IMG/VR virus record: IMGVR_UViG_3300037587_000516 | Coordinates: 1-64,000 of that record | Source of the DNA: a virus | Direction: 5' to 3' (one strand) | DNA length: 64,000 nucleotides | Part shown: positions 17,449 to 28,106 of the stretch, piece by piece | How the letters are laid out: each line of letters opens with the position of its first letter | Numbering within the stretch: position 1 is the first letter of the stretch | Position numbers and translations under genes: made by a program | The notes under the pieces: generated by a model | What the model saw: only the letters and a program-made list of their open reading frames with translations | The model's database searches: none | Told to the model about the DNA's origin: nothing

Positions 17449-18540
17449 TTGATTGAGAATCATGAGTATTATGCGAACTTGTTATATCAAGCTAGGATTG
17501 AATATTCAAGTAGCATCGACAAAGCCGGGATTTGTTTTAAGAACAACCAAATTTACATGATCATTAATCCTGAGTTTTGGAAAAGTATTAGTATAAAGCA
17601 CAAAGTTGGCGTTCTAATGCATGAGTTGGATCATATTATAATGGGACACCTTCTTCGTGGACATGATATGGACATAGCTCATAAGCATATGAATATTGCG
17701 GCAGATTTGGCAATTAACCAACACAATAGGTATCTTCAAGATATGGCTAACATTTTGATACTTGACAAATTTAATGAGAAGTATAAGGTTGATATGGAGC
17801 CCAACAGAGAAATGGAGTATTACGCTAGAAAGTTGTTAGATGATGATGTAGTTAAGTATGTTTCATCTGAGGAACTAGCTGATATGATGTCTGGTGACCA
17901 CAGTATGTGGAATGACTCTGACATAGACGAAGATACTAAAAAGCAGATAATGGTAAACGCCTTAGAGGAGGCCGCAAATTCAACCCAGTCCGGAAATATT
18001 CCCGGCGAGGCATTGACCACCATTAATAAGCACAAAAAGCCATACTATAACTGGAAAAGAGTGTTGGCAAAGTTTATCGCTAGAACGCAGAACAATACTA
18101 CTAAAGTAACTCGGAATAGAAGAAACCGCAGATTTGCATTGACCCAGCCGGGTAAAAGACAGGAAGTTAAGATGCATATAGTATGTTGCATTGATACCAG
18201 TGGCTCAGTATCAGATGATATGCTAGGTAGAATTGGCACAGAGCTATGTGGTATGGTTGATAAAAGAATTCGGGTTACTATTATAGAGGCAGACCACGAT
18301 ATACAAAGAGTGTATGAGATGGATAGGAAGGGCATACAGAGCTTTAAAGGTAGAGGCGGGACCGCATATACCCCAGCCATTAAAAAGGCTGAGGAGCTAA
18401 AGCCAGACGCTATTTTGTACTTCACAGATGGCGACAGGGCAGATGTGCCAGATAAAGTTGGCGTTCCTTTTTTATGGGTGTTGACTACGGAGCAAGACAA
18501 GCCGGGTAATTTTGGTAAAGTATTACGGATTCCGGCGTGA
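17449..18540 (+). CDS. HEXXH metallopeptidase + VWA domain protein (DUF2201-like, MoxR partner); start uncertain
   Basis: HELDH, NIAADLAIN, DTSGS MIDAS, GRGGT, YFTDG. Confidence 0.85.
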   Translation: MIENHEYYANLLYQARIEYSSSIDKAGICFKNNQIYMIINPEFWKSISIKHKVGVLMHELDHIIMGHLLRGHDMDIAHKHMNIAADLAINQHNRYLQDMANILILDKFNEKYKVDMEPNREMEYYARKLLDDDVVKYVSSEELADMMSGDHSMWNDSDIDEDTKKQIMVNALEEAANSTQSGNIPGEALTTINKHKKPYYNWKRVLAKFIARTQNNTTKVTRNRRNRRFALTQPGKRQEVKMHIVCCIDTSGSVSDDMLGRIGTELCGMVDKRIRVTIIEADHDIQRVYEMDRKGIQSFKGRGGTAYTPAIKKAEELKPDAILYFTDGDRADVPDKVGVPFLWVLTTEQDKPGNFGKVLRIPA

Positions 18541-18872
18541 AGGTGTTTAAAGGGTGGTTTCATGATAGACCAGATAATTTTACGGGGATTGTCGAGTCTG
18601 AGAATGGTGATAAGGCTTGGTATTTGAATGGCAAAAGGCATAGAGTGGACGGACCTGCTGAGGAATGGTCAGATGGTACTAAGTTTTGGTTTTTGGATGG
18701 TGAGAGCCATAGAGTTGACGGACCTGCTGTTGAATTTGCTAGTGGTAATAAGCATTGGTGTTTGAATGGTGTGCGTATGTTAGAGGAAGAGCACACTAAA
18801 AAGACAGCCTACCTTAGAACTACATTAGGTAAACTAATATTTAGTGAGCATTTTAAATTGGATGAGTCATGA
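18537..18872 (+). CDS. HRxDGPA-repeat family copy 8 (two repeats)
   Basis: family motifs; first of a tandem triplet. Confidence 0.85.
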   Translation: MKVFKGWFHDRPDNFTGIVESENGDKAWYLNGKRHRVDGPAEEWSDGTKFWFLDGESHRVDGPAVEFASGNKHWCLNGVRMLEEEHTKKTAYLRTTLGKLIFSEHFKLDES

Positions 18873-19135
18873 AAGTATTTAAAGGGTGGTCTTATGGAAG
18901 GCCAAGTAATTTCACAGGAATTGTTGAAAATAATAATGGAGACAAGTATTGGTATTTGAAGGGCATGTTACATAGAGTTGACGGACCTGCTGAGGAATGG
19001 GCTGGTGGTAGTAAGCAGTGGTGGTTGAATGGTGAGTATATGACAGAAGAAAAGCACACTAAAAGAACTGCTTATTTAAGGACTACGCTAGGCAAACTAA
19101 TATTTAACGAGCATTTTAAATTGGAGGAAGTGTGA
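18869..19135 (+). CDS. HRxDGPA-repeat family copy 9
   Basis: family motifs. Confidence 0.85.
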   Translation: MKVFKGWSYGRPSNFTGIVENNNGDKYWYLKGMLHRVDGPAEEWAGGSKQWWLNGEYMTEEKHTKRTAYLRTTLGKLIFNEHFKLEEV

Positions 19136-19404
19136 CTATATTTAAAGGGTGGTTTGGTAGTCAACCATATAACTTTACGGGAATTGTAGAAGCCCCACGT
19201 GGTGATAAGTTTTGGCTTTTGAATGGCGAATCTCATAGAGTTGATGGACCTTCTAGTGAGTGGGCTGATGGTCATAAGACTTGGTATTTGAATGGTGAAT
19301 ATATGTCAGAAGAAGAGCATTATAAAAAGACAGCTTACCTTAGGACTACTTTGGGCAAACTAATATTTAATGAGCATTTTAAATTGGAGAGAGACAGTGG
19401 CTAA
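19132..19404 (+). CDS. HRxDGPA-repeat family copy 10
   Basis: family motifs. Confidence 0.85.
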   Translation: MTIFKGWFGSQPYNFTGIVEAPRGDKFWLLNGESHRVDGPSSEWADGHKTWYLNGEYMSEEEHYKKTAYLRTTLGKLIFNEHFKLERDSG

Positions 19405-20110
19405 GTTTTTTATTAGCGATTTGCATTTAAACCACGCTAAGGCTTTGTATTTTTGCAAAAACAGAATTAAAGATTTAGACTTAGATCCTGAATTAGTTGC
19501 TGCTGTGAGAAAAGCTAAAGCGGAGTGGGCTTATGATCATGGATCGGCGGACTCTGGTAAGAAGTTCCATGCCTTGAATAAAAAGCTGATAGATCAAATG
19601 AATGAAAGATTAATTGAGAAAATTAACCACAAAGTTAAAAAACGTGATATGCTATATATACTGGGAGATGTATTTTTCGGGCCAGTGGTTGACGCCAAAA
19701 AGTTATTGGCCAAGATTAACGGGACGAAGATACTAGTAAAAGGAAACCACGATAGGTCAACCAGAGTGATGTTAGATATGGGCTTTCATGAGGTACTAGA
19801 GAATGACATAGTTAAACTGCATAACGGAAAAGAAACTGTGAAGGTATTAGTTAGCCATTTTCCGTATTTGCCAACAGGCTGGGGCAAAATAAAAACGTGG
19901 GCACTAATTAAGTTGGGCATTTGGAAAAAGTTTGATGCCCGATACCCGCATAAAAGAATTGCGGATAATGGTATGTGGTTGTTGTGTGGCCACGTTCATT
20001 CAGAAAAGCTAATGTATGCTAAACGTACAATTCATGTTGGGGTAGAAAGTCTGGGCGGAAGCCCTATATCTGAGACAGAACTAATGGAGATAATTAATGG
20101 AAAACGATAG
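19397..20110 (+). CDS. calcineurin-like metallophosphoesterase
   Basis: SDLH, LGD, GNHD, SH, GHVH; start moved to GTG 19397. Confidence 0.85.
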   Translation: MAKFFISDLHLNHAKALYFCKNRIKDLDLDPELVAAVRKAKAEWAYDHGSADSGKKFHALNKKLIDQMNERLIEKINHKVKKRDMLYILGDVFFGPVVDAKKLLAKINGTKILVKGNHDRSTRVMLDMGFHEVLENDIVKLHNGKETVKVLVSHFPYLPTGWGKIKTWALIKLGIWKKFDARYPHKRIADNGMWLLCGHVHSEKLMYAKRTIHVGVESLGGSPISETELMEIINGKR

Positions 20111-20480
20111 AAAGAAGATATACTTTGTTACTGTTTTTTACGTCCCAAAAGAATTTCGGGAAGAAATGCCTAGGCCAAAAATAGATGAGTGGGAAACCGT
20201 TTTATACAAACGGATTAGATGTTGGGGCTGGTTTGAAAAAGAAGAAGACGCTGAAAAGTGCATAAAAGAAAATTGGACAGACATATATGAACTGGGGTAT
20301 TATAATTTAGCGATGATTGAGCCTAATACTGAGGGTCCAATTAGCTGCGGGACAGAAAGTCGGTGGTTTGATGTAAAATACCTTGACACTGAAGAAAATT
20401 CGTTTGATAATGAGTATATAGTAACGGAGATTGATAAGCCAGAAGCATTCAAAAGCATAATTGGCTTTAGCTACGCTTAA
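20097..20480 (+). CDS. hypothetical protein
   Basis: coupled ORF with RBS. Confidence 0.6.
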   Translation: MENDRKKIYFVTVFYVPKEFREEMPRPKIDEWETVLYKRIRCWGWFEKEEDAEKCIKENWTDIYELGYYNLAMIEPNTEGPISCGTESRWFDVKYLDTEENSFDNEYIVTEIDKPEAFKSIIGFSYA

Positions 20481-20675
20481 AGGAGATACTGATGAATAAA
20501 AAAATTGTAACTGAAATTATGAATAAGCTAAGGGACTCAAAGAAAAGTGAAAAACACAGAGATTACCAAACGTGGTGGGGACCCGCTACTGTAGTATATG
20601 CTAAGGAAGCAAAAAAGTATAACAAACGAATAGAGTTTCTTATTGATAAATTGGCAGAATTTAAAGGAGAGTAAA

Positions 20676-20903
20676 GTGTTTAATGAAGCAATAAAATTTC
20701 ACAAATATATGATACCAGTATTTTTAGTGGTATGTCTGATTTTCTTTTTAACAGGGTGCGCGGCTTTTGAACGAAGGCCAGCTATTGTTGAAAAGAGCAG
20801 GTCCGCAAGAGTTATTGAGTGTGTCGATAGGTTCTTAATGAAGGACCTAAAAGCTAGTATTTCTTATGAAATTTGCAAAGACATATATAAGAGGAGCGAA
20901 TGA
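20676..20903 (+). CDS. putative lipoprotein
   Basis: hydrophobic helix + LTGC lipobox; GTG start after AAGGAG. Confidence 0.5.
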   Translation: MFNEAIKFHKYMIPVFLVVCLIFFLTGCAAFERRPAIVEKSRSARVIECVDRFLMKDLKASISYEICKDIYKRSE

Positions 20904-21138
20904 ATGTCTAGACCAAACCACTATCCAAAAATACCATGCAAACCAAAAGGATGGTCAGTCTTACATAGGCCAGAAGATGTTAAAATATATGATATTTTTA
21001 CTCTCCAAGATAAATCCAGATGTTTAGTTAATGAGATTAGAAAGATAACTAAACATGCCATTTATGAAGATATTTGGGAATTTGTTGATAGAGATAGCGG
21101 AAGAATTTGTCATTTTAATGAGTTTGAAGGGAGATATT

Positions 21139-21621
21139 GTGAAGACTAAATTGGAAAGAATATACATAGACTTAGACGGAGTGTTGGCTAATATGAGCCA
21201 ACATTTCATTAGTTTATATAATGAAGTCCCCGGTGATTATATAAAAAAGCATGGGATAATTGATTTTTGGGCTAAAGCGTATGAAACGCCAGACTTTTTT
21301 CTGTCTATTCCGATATTTGATTATGCTCATGATTTGGTTAGTATTTGTCAAAGTATTGCCCCGGTTACGTTTTTAACGTCACCAACAGTAACTAACAGAG
21401 AACATTGTGTTAGGGATAAGAGAAAGTGGGTTGACGTTCATTTCGGCTCAACTTTTCCGGTGATCTTTGAAAGACATAAGGAAGTATTTTCTGGGCCAGG
21501 AAAGCTATTAATTGATGATACTAAAATTCAGATAGATAATTGGGGTGGGGAATTTGGATCGTGTATCCTATTTACTGGGTACGATGATTGTATAAAAAGA
21601 TTGGTAAGTTTCAATGGTTAA
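21139..21621 (+). CDS. HAD-family 5'(3')-deoxyribonucleotidase-like protein
   Basis: YIDLDGVLA motif I, FLTS, K, LLIDD; start moved to GTG 21139. Confidence 0.85.
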   Translation: MKTKLERIYIDLDGVLANMSQHFISLYNEVPGDYIKKHGIIDFWAKAYETPDFFLSIPIFDYAHDLVSICQSIAPVTFLTSPTVTNREHCVRDKRKWVDVHFGSTFPVIFERHKEVFSGPGKLLIDDTKIQIDNWGGEFGSCILFTGYDDCIKRLVSFNG

Positions 21622-22417
21622 ATTTATACTAATTTCGGACTCGCATTACGGGTTAGATGGCAAGACCCATGCCAAGCATTTGAAGTTCTGGAAGCGGGTA
21701 GAAAAAGCTATTAAGGACGAGAATGTTCAAGCGCTGCTTTGGGCTGGAGACATAGCGTCTTTTAGGCAGAGACACTTTTATAAGAGCTTGGAAATGGCTA
21801 GGCAGTATGTTAGTGTCCCAATTTTATTGGTAAAGGGAAATCATGATTTTTACTGTGGCAAAGACCCAAAAGATCGCGGGGTTGAGTTTTCTTCTCTAGA
21901 AGAAGTAAACGATAGGCATAAGAAATGGATGACTAAGTTTGACATTCATCATTTAGAAGATGCTCCTTATATAGTGGATGATGTGATAGTGTGCGGCTTT
22001 GACGGCTGGTATGCGGTTCCAAATCCGGGCACCAACTGTAAGTATTGGATTCCCAAAAACGTCCAAGGGCAGCCGTTTGTGAGCCAGTATCTGGTAACAA
22101 AAGCATGGAGAGACCTCCAGAATTGCCTAGACGTTGATACTGGTTCATTTAGAAAGTCAGTGTTAGTTACGCACCACAATCCTTATGGCTTTAGTCAGCT
22201 GGGCAAAGTTAAAACGGTTGACGAATTAATGGAGGAAGGTGTTGAATATACTGGGCATGGGGCTAATATAAAGTTCTTGCCGGAGATTAGAGAGAAGTTT
22301 GATGTGATGTGCTGCGGGCATACTCATGGGTATAAGAATGATTGTGATGAAGGCATTCAGATTTATAACTGCGGGTCTGATTACAATAAACCTAAGTTTT
22401 TAGTATTTGAGGTGTGA
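21614..22417 (+). CDS. calcineurin-like metallophosphoesterase
   Basis: SDSH, AGD, GNHD, THH, GHTH. Confidence 0.85.
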   Translation: MVKFILISDSHYGLDGKTHAKHLKFWKRVEKAIKDENVQALLWAGDIASFRQRHFYKSLEMARQYVSVPILLVKGNHDFYCGKDPKDRGVEFSSLEEVNDRHKKWMTKFDIHHLEDAPYIVDDVIVCGFDGWYAVPNPGTNCKYWIPKNVQGQPFVSQYLVTKAWRDLQNCLDVDTGSFRKSVLVTHHNPYGFSQLGKVKTVDELMEEGVEYTGHGANIKFLPEIREKFDVMCCGHTHGYKNDCDEGIQIYNCGSDYNKPKFLVFEV

Positions 22418-22418
22418 T

Positions 22419-22685
22419 GTGAAAGTGTTTAAAGGGTGGTTTGGTGACGAACCAGATAATTTCACAGGAATTGTTGAAAATCCAAATGGACATAAGTATT
22501 GGTTTTTGAATGGTAAAAGGCATAGAGTTGATGGACCTGCTATTGAGTGGTCAGATGGTAGAAGTTGGTCGTGGTGGTTGAATGGTGAGTATATGACAGA
22601 AGAAAAGCACACTAAAAGAACAGCGTGGTGTAGAACTACATTAGGTAAGTTGATATTGAATGAGCATTTTAAATTGGAAGATTAA
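22419..22685 (+). CDS. HRxDGPA-repeat family copy 11
   Basis: family motifs; GTG start 1 nt after upstream stop. Confidence 0.85.
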   Translation: MKVFKGWFGDEPDNFTGIVENPNGHKYWFLNGKRHRVDGPAIEWSDGRSWSWWLNGEYMTEEKHTKRTAWCRTTLGKLILNEHFKLED

Positions 22686-22687
22686 GG

Positions 22688-22716
22688 TTGACAAATGGAC
22701 ATAAGTTTGGTATAGT
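22688..22716 (+). promoter_or_regulatory. sigma70 promoter of RNR
   Basis: TTGACA-N17-TATAGT with TG extension. Confidence 0.75.
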
Positions 22717-22763
22717 AAGGTATTCAACATAGCAAAATCATAACAATTGGAGAGCATATATTA

Positions 22764-24629
22764 ATGAGTGTAGACAACTTAGATATACTTAGCAAAGTAG
22801 TAATTCACATGAAATACGCAAAACACCTTACAGAGAAACGTAGGAGGGAAACGTTTGATGAAATAGTAGAGCGCAATAAACAGATGCACTTGAAGAAATT
22901 TAAGCACCTTCCTGATCTGTGTAAGGAGATAGAGTGCTTATATGAGGAATATGTAAAAACAAAAAAAGTACTTCCTAGTATGAGATCAATGCAATTTGCT
23001 GGTAAACCTATTGAAGTAAATAATGCCAGATTATTTAATTGCAGTTATTTACCCGTAGACTGTGTAGATGCGTTTTCTGAGACAATGTTTTTATTATTGT
23101 GTGGATGTGGGGTTGGATTTAGTGTACAAAGTCACCACGTAAAAATGCTACCAGAGATAATCAAACCTAGGAAGTCTAGAAAGTTTTTAGTATCTGATGA
23201 TTTGATGGGATGGGCTGATGCAATTAAAGCATTACTTAGATCGTATATGTGTGGAAAATCTATGCCTAGGTTTGACTTCTCGGACATAAGGCCAAAGGGG
23301 ACACCACTAAAAACTGCCGGAGGGCTTGCGCCAGGTCCAGTCCCGTTGTCATTGTGTCTAAACAAGATACAAGCAATACTAGATGAAAAGGAAGAGTTCT
23401 CGAAACTAACAACACTAGAGTGTCATGATATTATGTGCCACATAGCAGATAGCGTTATGAGCGCCGGGATTCGCAGATCTGCCACTATAAGTTTCTTTGA
23501 CATGGACGATGATGATATGTTGACATGTAAGTATGGAAGTTGGTGGGAAACCAATCCCCAGAGAGGCAGAGCCAATAACAGTGTGGTTATTGTGAGACAT
23601 AGAGTTAATAAGTCTGACTTTATGGGACTGTGGGAGAAAATAAAAGCAAGTGGAAGTGGTGAGCCTGGGATATATTTAACTAACAATAAGGACATTATGG
23701 CCAACCCATGTAATGAGTTGAGCTTAAAAGCTAATCAAATGTGTAATCTAACCGAGATAAATCTTGGTAATATATCCGATCAACAAGATCTAAATAACAG
23801 AGCCAAGGCTGCGTCTTTCATAGGAACACTACAAGCATCTTACACTGATTTTCATTATTTGAGAGATGAGTGGAAAGAGGTGTCAGAAAAGGATTCTCTT
23901 ATCGGAGTAGGGTGTACTGGGATAGCATCTGGCTGTTTTAAAGAACTAAGCCTAGTAGAAGCGGCTAAGTGTGTTAACGAAGAAAATGAACGGGTAGCGG
24001 GTGTTATTGGAATAAATAAAGCATCTAGAACTAATTGCATTAAGCCCAGCGGGTCATCTAGTATTGTACTAGGGTGCTCTAGTGGAATACATGCATGGCA
24101 CTCTAAGTATTACATAAGAAGGGTCCGAGTGGGAAAAGATGAGCCTATTTATGGTTATTTGGTACAAAATCACCCAGAACTATTAGAAGATGATATATTA
24201 GACGCTAAAAAAACTGCAATTATAACTGTACCAGTGGAAGCCCCAGACGGATCAATAACCAGAGAAGAGTCTGCTATAGACTTATTGGAGAGGGTAAAGT
24301 TATTCCACAATGACTGGATTAGACCTGGACACAGAAAAGGAGATAACACTAATAACGTATCAGCAACTGTTAGTATTAAAGATGATGAATGGGATGATGT
24401 TGCAGAGTGGATGTGGAGTAACAGGAACAGTTATAATGGGTTAAGTATTCTTCCCCATTCTGACCACACTTACACTCAGGCACCGTTTGAGGAGATCACT
24501 AAAGAGGAGTTTGAAGAGCTATCAAAACACCTGACAGATATTGATTTATCTAATATAATAGAAGAAGAAGACGGCACAGATTTATCTGGGGAAATTGCGT
24601 GTAGTGGTGGCTCTTGTGAAATTAGATAA
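22764..24629 (+). CDS. nrdJ: class II (adenosylcobalamin) ribonucleotide reductase
   Basis: PSMR..QFAG, FNCS, RRSA, NPCNE, CNL, KPSG, C-terminal CSGGSC; no beta subunit in window. Confidence 0.9.
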   Translation: MSVDNLDILSKVVIHMKYAKHLTEKRRRETFDEIVERNKQMHLKKFKHLPDLCKEIECLYEEYVKTKKVLPSMRSMQFAGKPIEVNNARLFNCSYLPVDCVDAFSETMFLLLCGCGVGFSVQSHHVKMLPEIIKPRKSRKFLVSDDLMGWADAIKALLRSYMCGKSMPRFDFSDIRPKGTPLKTAGGLAPGPVPLSLCLNKIQAILDEKEEFSKLTTLECHDIMCHIADSVMSAGIRRSATISFFDMDDDDMLTCKYGSWWETNPQRGRANNSVVIVRHRVNKSDFMGLWEKIKASGSGEPGIYLTNNKDIMANPCNELSLKANQMCNLTEINLGNISDQQDLNNRAKAASFIGTLQASYTDFHYLRDEWKEVSEKDSLIGVGCTGIASGCFKELSLVEAAKCVNEENERVAGVIGINKASRTNCIKPSGSSSIVLGCSSGIHAWHSKYYIRRVRVGKDEPIYGYLVQNHPELLEDDILDAKKTAIITVPVEAPDGSITREESAIDLLERVKLFHNDWIRPGHRKGDNTNNVSATVSIKDDEWDDVAEWMWSNRNSYNGLSILPHSDHTYTQAPFEEITKEEFEELSKHLTDIDLSNIIEEEDGTDLSGEIACSGGSCEIR

Positions 24630-24633
24630 CTAT

Positions 24634-25116
24634 ATGGTAATACTTGGGACTAAAAAAGAGCGAATTCTAATAGACTGCGAAGATTTTGCTAAATATTCTG
24701 GTTATAACTGGAATTGTTATAGTGGATATGCAAGTAGATTCACAAGAGATACTGAAACAAAAAAACTAATCAGACACCTAATGCATAGAGGTATAATGAA
24801 CAACCCAAGCTCTAGTGTGGATCACATAAACGGAAATGGACTAGACAACAGAAGGATTAATCTGAGAGTGTGCACAACACAACAAAATAGCTGCAACAGA
24901 AAAAGTGCGAAAGGGTCTTACTCTAGGTACCTTGGAGTAGCTTACCACAAGAGAGACAAAAGGTGGCAGGCACAGATACGCACAAACAAAAAGCGGATAT
25001 ACTTAGGATATTTTAAAACAGAAAAAGAAGCAGCAGATGCTTATGACACAGCTGCTGAAAAATATCATGGAGAGTTTGCAAGATTAAATAGAAACATTAA
25101 GGACGGTAACGAATGA
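24634..25116 (+). CDS. HNH-AP2 domain endonuclease
   Basis: MHR..VDHINGNGLDNRRINLR; YLGV..WQAQI..YLGYF..EAA.AYD. Confidence 0.9.
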   Translation: MVILGTKKERILIDCEDFAKYSGYNWNCYSGYASRFTRDTETKKLIRHLMHRGIMNNPSSSVDHINGNGLDNRRINLRVCTTQQNSCNRKSAKGSYSRYLGVAYHKRDKRWQAQIRTNKKRIYLGYFKTEKEAADAYDTAAEKYHGEFARLNRNIKDGNE

Positions 25117-25136
25117 CTGAATATTACAGAAATAAC

Positions 25137-25165
25137 TTGACATATCCCAAAACATAGGAGATAAT
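25137..25165 (+). promoter_or_regulatory. sigma70 promoter
   Basis: TTGACA-N17-GATAAT. Confidence 0.6.
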
Positions 25166-25965
25166 ATTAACATGAATAAAACAGAAGAATTGCTAGACTT
25201 ATTACTAACCGCGCCAAAATCACAAATAGGCATAACCACATATACCAGACTCCAGCAAGTAAAAGAATCTGCCGAAGAAAAGAGAGCCGAAATGTTGGAA
25301 GAAGTGATCAAGGACAGCGAATTGTTTAATCAAGACTCTGAGTTTGCAGTGATGACAATGAAGATTTTATTGAAGTTAGCAAAGGACGATAAATAAGGAG
25401 ACTTAAATGATATACCAATTAACTAAAGTTAAAAAAACAGAGCCGCAGGAAGTTACCACTGAGTATGTAAAGGTGGGCCAGGTTATTAGAGGAACATTTC
25501 CAGAAAAGCCACAAGTAGGAAACGCTTTTCTTTTTATAGCAACGCGGTATAGCGAATCAGTGGCAACCAGTACTGTAATGGAAGTTGATTCCGATGTTGA
25601 GCCCGGCATAACTTACATAACTACTAGAAATAGTGTCTACAAGCTAGAAGAATCCAGTGACGCTTGAAACCTATAGAACATTAGAAGTTGGAGATGAAAT
25701 TCACCTAACGCAGAAACATAGAAATTGGTTAGTTGAAAGCATGTTTGAAATGCATTCCGTTCGGGGCAACATCCTAAAAAGTGACACTAGTATTATCCAA
25801 TGTGCAACAGAGGCAGCAGGTTTGTATGAAAAAATTATAGTGATAGACTTATTATGTGATGTTGGGGGCGGAGATCCTAGAATGCGAGTAAGGTTTGAAT
25901 ATTCAGATGGAAGCAGTAGACACACAGTATTAGGGTATGATTCTGTTTACCAAAGGAGGCAGTAG

Positions 25966-27279
25966 GTGTTAGGGCAGCTTAATGAGATATTTATACAATT
26001 TAACGAGTTTGCCAAATCCAGCCCGGTCGTAGCCGGTATTGCTGGACTTTGGGGTGCCAGCGTAGTTACGTTTTTCCTCAGAGGCATACCTAGCCGAATC
26101 TTTGAGTTCATAAAGCGCCAAACTACCACAACCCTAGTAGTAAACAATCACGATAACGTATACTATTCTTTTCTTAAGTGGTCAACGGAAAATAACCTGA
26201 ACACTCTAGTTAGAAATCTCCACTTTGGTAACAATAAAGATGGATATGGGAAAGGCAGGATAACCATAGGATATGGTCAATCCTTTTTCTTTTTTGGCAG
26301 ACACATATTTAGAATGTCCCGCAATAAAGAGGACGCGGCACAAACTAGAGAAGTCAAAGAGTCCATAACCGTCACGGTTTTGGGAAGAAACCATAAGATA
26401 TTTGATCAACTGTTTACTAAGATACTAGAAATGGAAAAAAAGGACCGCGAGAAGAAAAAAGAGACGTTAGAAATAAACGTATGGAGACATGACTATTGGA
26501 GAACTGGTTGTACCACATATCTTAGACCAATGTCAACTATAATACTAAACAAAGAAACCCGCAACAATATAACAGGTCACATTGATGAATTTCTGTCCGA
26601 TAAAGACTGGTATATGAAGAATGGGATTCCATATAGGACCGGCATTTTACTTTCGGGACCACCAGGGACCGGAAAAACGTCATTACTAAAAGGACTTTGT
26701 ACTCACTACGGAAAAGACCTGTATTTGCTTCAATTAGATGGATTAACTGACAAATCGTTTTTAGACGCCCTGTCAAGCGTACCACCGGGTTCTGTGATTG
26801 CCATTGAGGACATAGACACCTGCCATGCATCGAGCAGCAGAGTGACTCCTGTGGCCAAATCACCCGCTAGAGCAGAATTTGAAAGAGCAGTGGGAATAAA
26901 CGAAGTTGAGGCAACCAAAGATGATTCAACTTCCTCCATGGGATTAACCCTGTCCGGACTTTTAAACGGCATTGACGGAGTTGCCAGCGGAGATGATAGA
27001 ATACTAATTGCTACAACAAATCACCCCGAAAAGCTGGACCCGGCATTAATTAGAGACGGTAGATTTGATTTGAAAGTGGAAATTGGATATGTTTCAATGG
27101 AAATGCTCCACTCATTTTTTGAAAAGTTCTACCCAGATACTAAAATACCAAGTGATTACAAGATTAAAGCTGGTATAGCTCCTTGTGAAGTCCAAACGCT
27201 GATTTTCAAGAATCGGGATAACCCGGAAATAGTTTTGGAGAAACTGCTTGACAAGCCTGGCAAAACTGTGCAATACTAA
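25966..27279 (+). CDS. BCS1-like membrane-anchored AAA+ ATPase
   Basis: N-terminal TM; WY...GIPYRTGILLSGPPGTGKTS; IEDID; LTLSGLLNGIDG; TTNHPEKLDPALIR.GRFD. Confidence 0.85.
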   Translation: MLGQLNEIFIQFNEFAKSSPVVAGIAGLWGASVVTFFLRGIPSRIFEFIKRQTTTTLVVNNHDNVYYSFLKWSTENNLNTLVRNLHFGNNKDGYGKGRITIGYGQSFFFFGRHIFRMSRNKEDAAQTREVKESITVTVLGRNHKIFDQLFTKILEMEKKDREKKKETLEINVWRHDYWRTGCTTYLRPMSTIILNKETRNNITGHIDEFLSDKDWYMKNGIPYRTGILLSGPPGTGKTSLLKGLCTHYGKDLYLLQLDGLTDKSFLDALSSVPPGSVIAIEDIDTCHASSSRVTPVAKSPARAEFERAVGINEVEATKDDSTSSMGLTLSGLLNGIDGVASGDDRILIATTNHPEKLDPALIRDGRFDLKVEIGYVSMEMLHSFFEKFYPDTKIPSDYKIKAGIAPCEVQTLIFKNRDNPEIVLEKLLDKPGKTVQY

Positions 27280-27696
27280 ATAAAAGGAGAGAGATTATGA
27301 CACCAGAAATAGCACTAATACTAAAGATTGTAGGGATTGTGTGTTTTACACATAGCATGTATACGTTTGGTCTTTTTGATTATAGTATTAACAAGAAGGA
27401 AGAGTTATGAGTTCATTAATGGCCGGAACACTTATGATAGCATTTGGCATAGTAATTATAGCCGCCGTTATAATACTGGATATAACAGGAAAGATAAATA
27501 TAGGACCAAAATTAGCAGCGATTCCTCCGGAAGAAGTTCCGGAATGTTGGAGAGTTAAGAAGGTTGAGCATGTGTTTTATACTGACGACACAAATGAAAT
27601 TTACATAATGGACGGAAGTTGGAGAGCAACTCAGCATTCGAGGTTAATTAGTGGCGAAGTTGAACAAATCGAAGGCTTAATATTTTTGGGCGAGCT

Positions 27697-27966
27697 GTGA
27701 AAACAATAATAAGAGATAATGTTTGGACCAGACCAACTAAATTCACCGGAATAGTTGAATCTAAGAATGGAGATAAGGCTTGGTATTTGAATGGAGAATA
27801 CCATAGAGTTGACGGACCTGCTCTTGAATGTGCTAATGGCACTGGGTATTGGTGGCTAAATGGCTCACATATATTAGAAACAGAGCATTCTAAAAGAACA
27901 GCTTATTTAAGAACTACTTTGGGTAAGTTGATATTTAATGAGCATTTTAAGTTGGAAGAGTCATGA
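27697..27966 (+). CDS. HRxDGPA-repeat family copy 12
   Basis: family motifs; GTGA / ATGA overlaps. Confidence 0.85.
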   Translation: MKTIIRDNVWTRPTKFTGIVESKNGDKAWYLNGEYHRVDGPALECANGTGYWWLNGSHILETEHSKRTAYLRTTLGKLIFNEHFKLEES

Positions 27967-28106
27967 AAAAGTTAGTATTTGTATTCTTTGATAATTATAT
28001 CGGCGACTTTGTTGAAATGACCCCAACAGAGAAGAACTTGCATCAATTGTTTAGCACTAGAAACTCTAGTTTTTATTCGCATTTAACTTATTTGGGAGAG
28101 CTATGA
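27963..28106 (+). CDS. 47-aa hypothetical protein ending YLGEL (not in ORF track)
   Basis: ATGA-coupled at both ends between copies 12 and 13. Confidence 0.55.
   Translation: MKKLVFVFFDNYIGDFVEMTPTEKNLHQLFSTRNSSFYSHLTYLGEL

Noticed and set aside
24595-25116. Group I intron or intein in RNR associated with the HNH-AP2 gene
   Set aside because: RNR is continuous and ends with its C-terminal CxxxxC; the endonuclease is free-standing. The GIY-YIG at 62840 likewise lies between genes.
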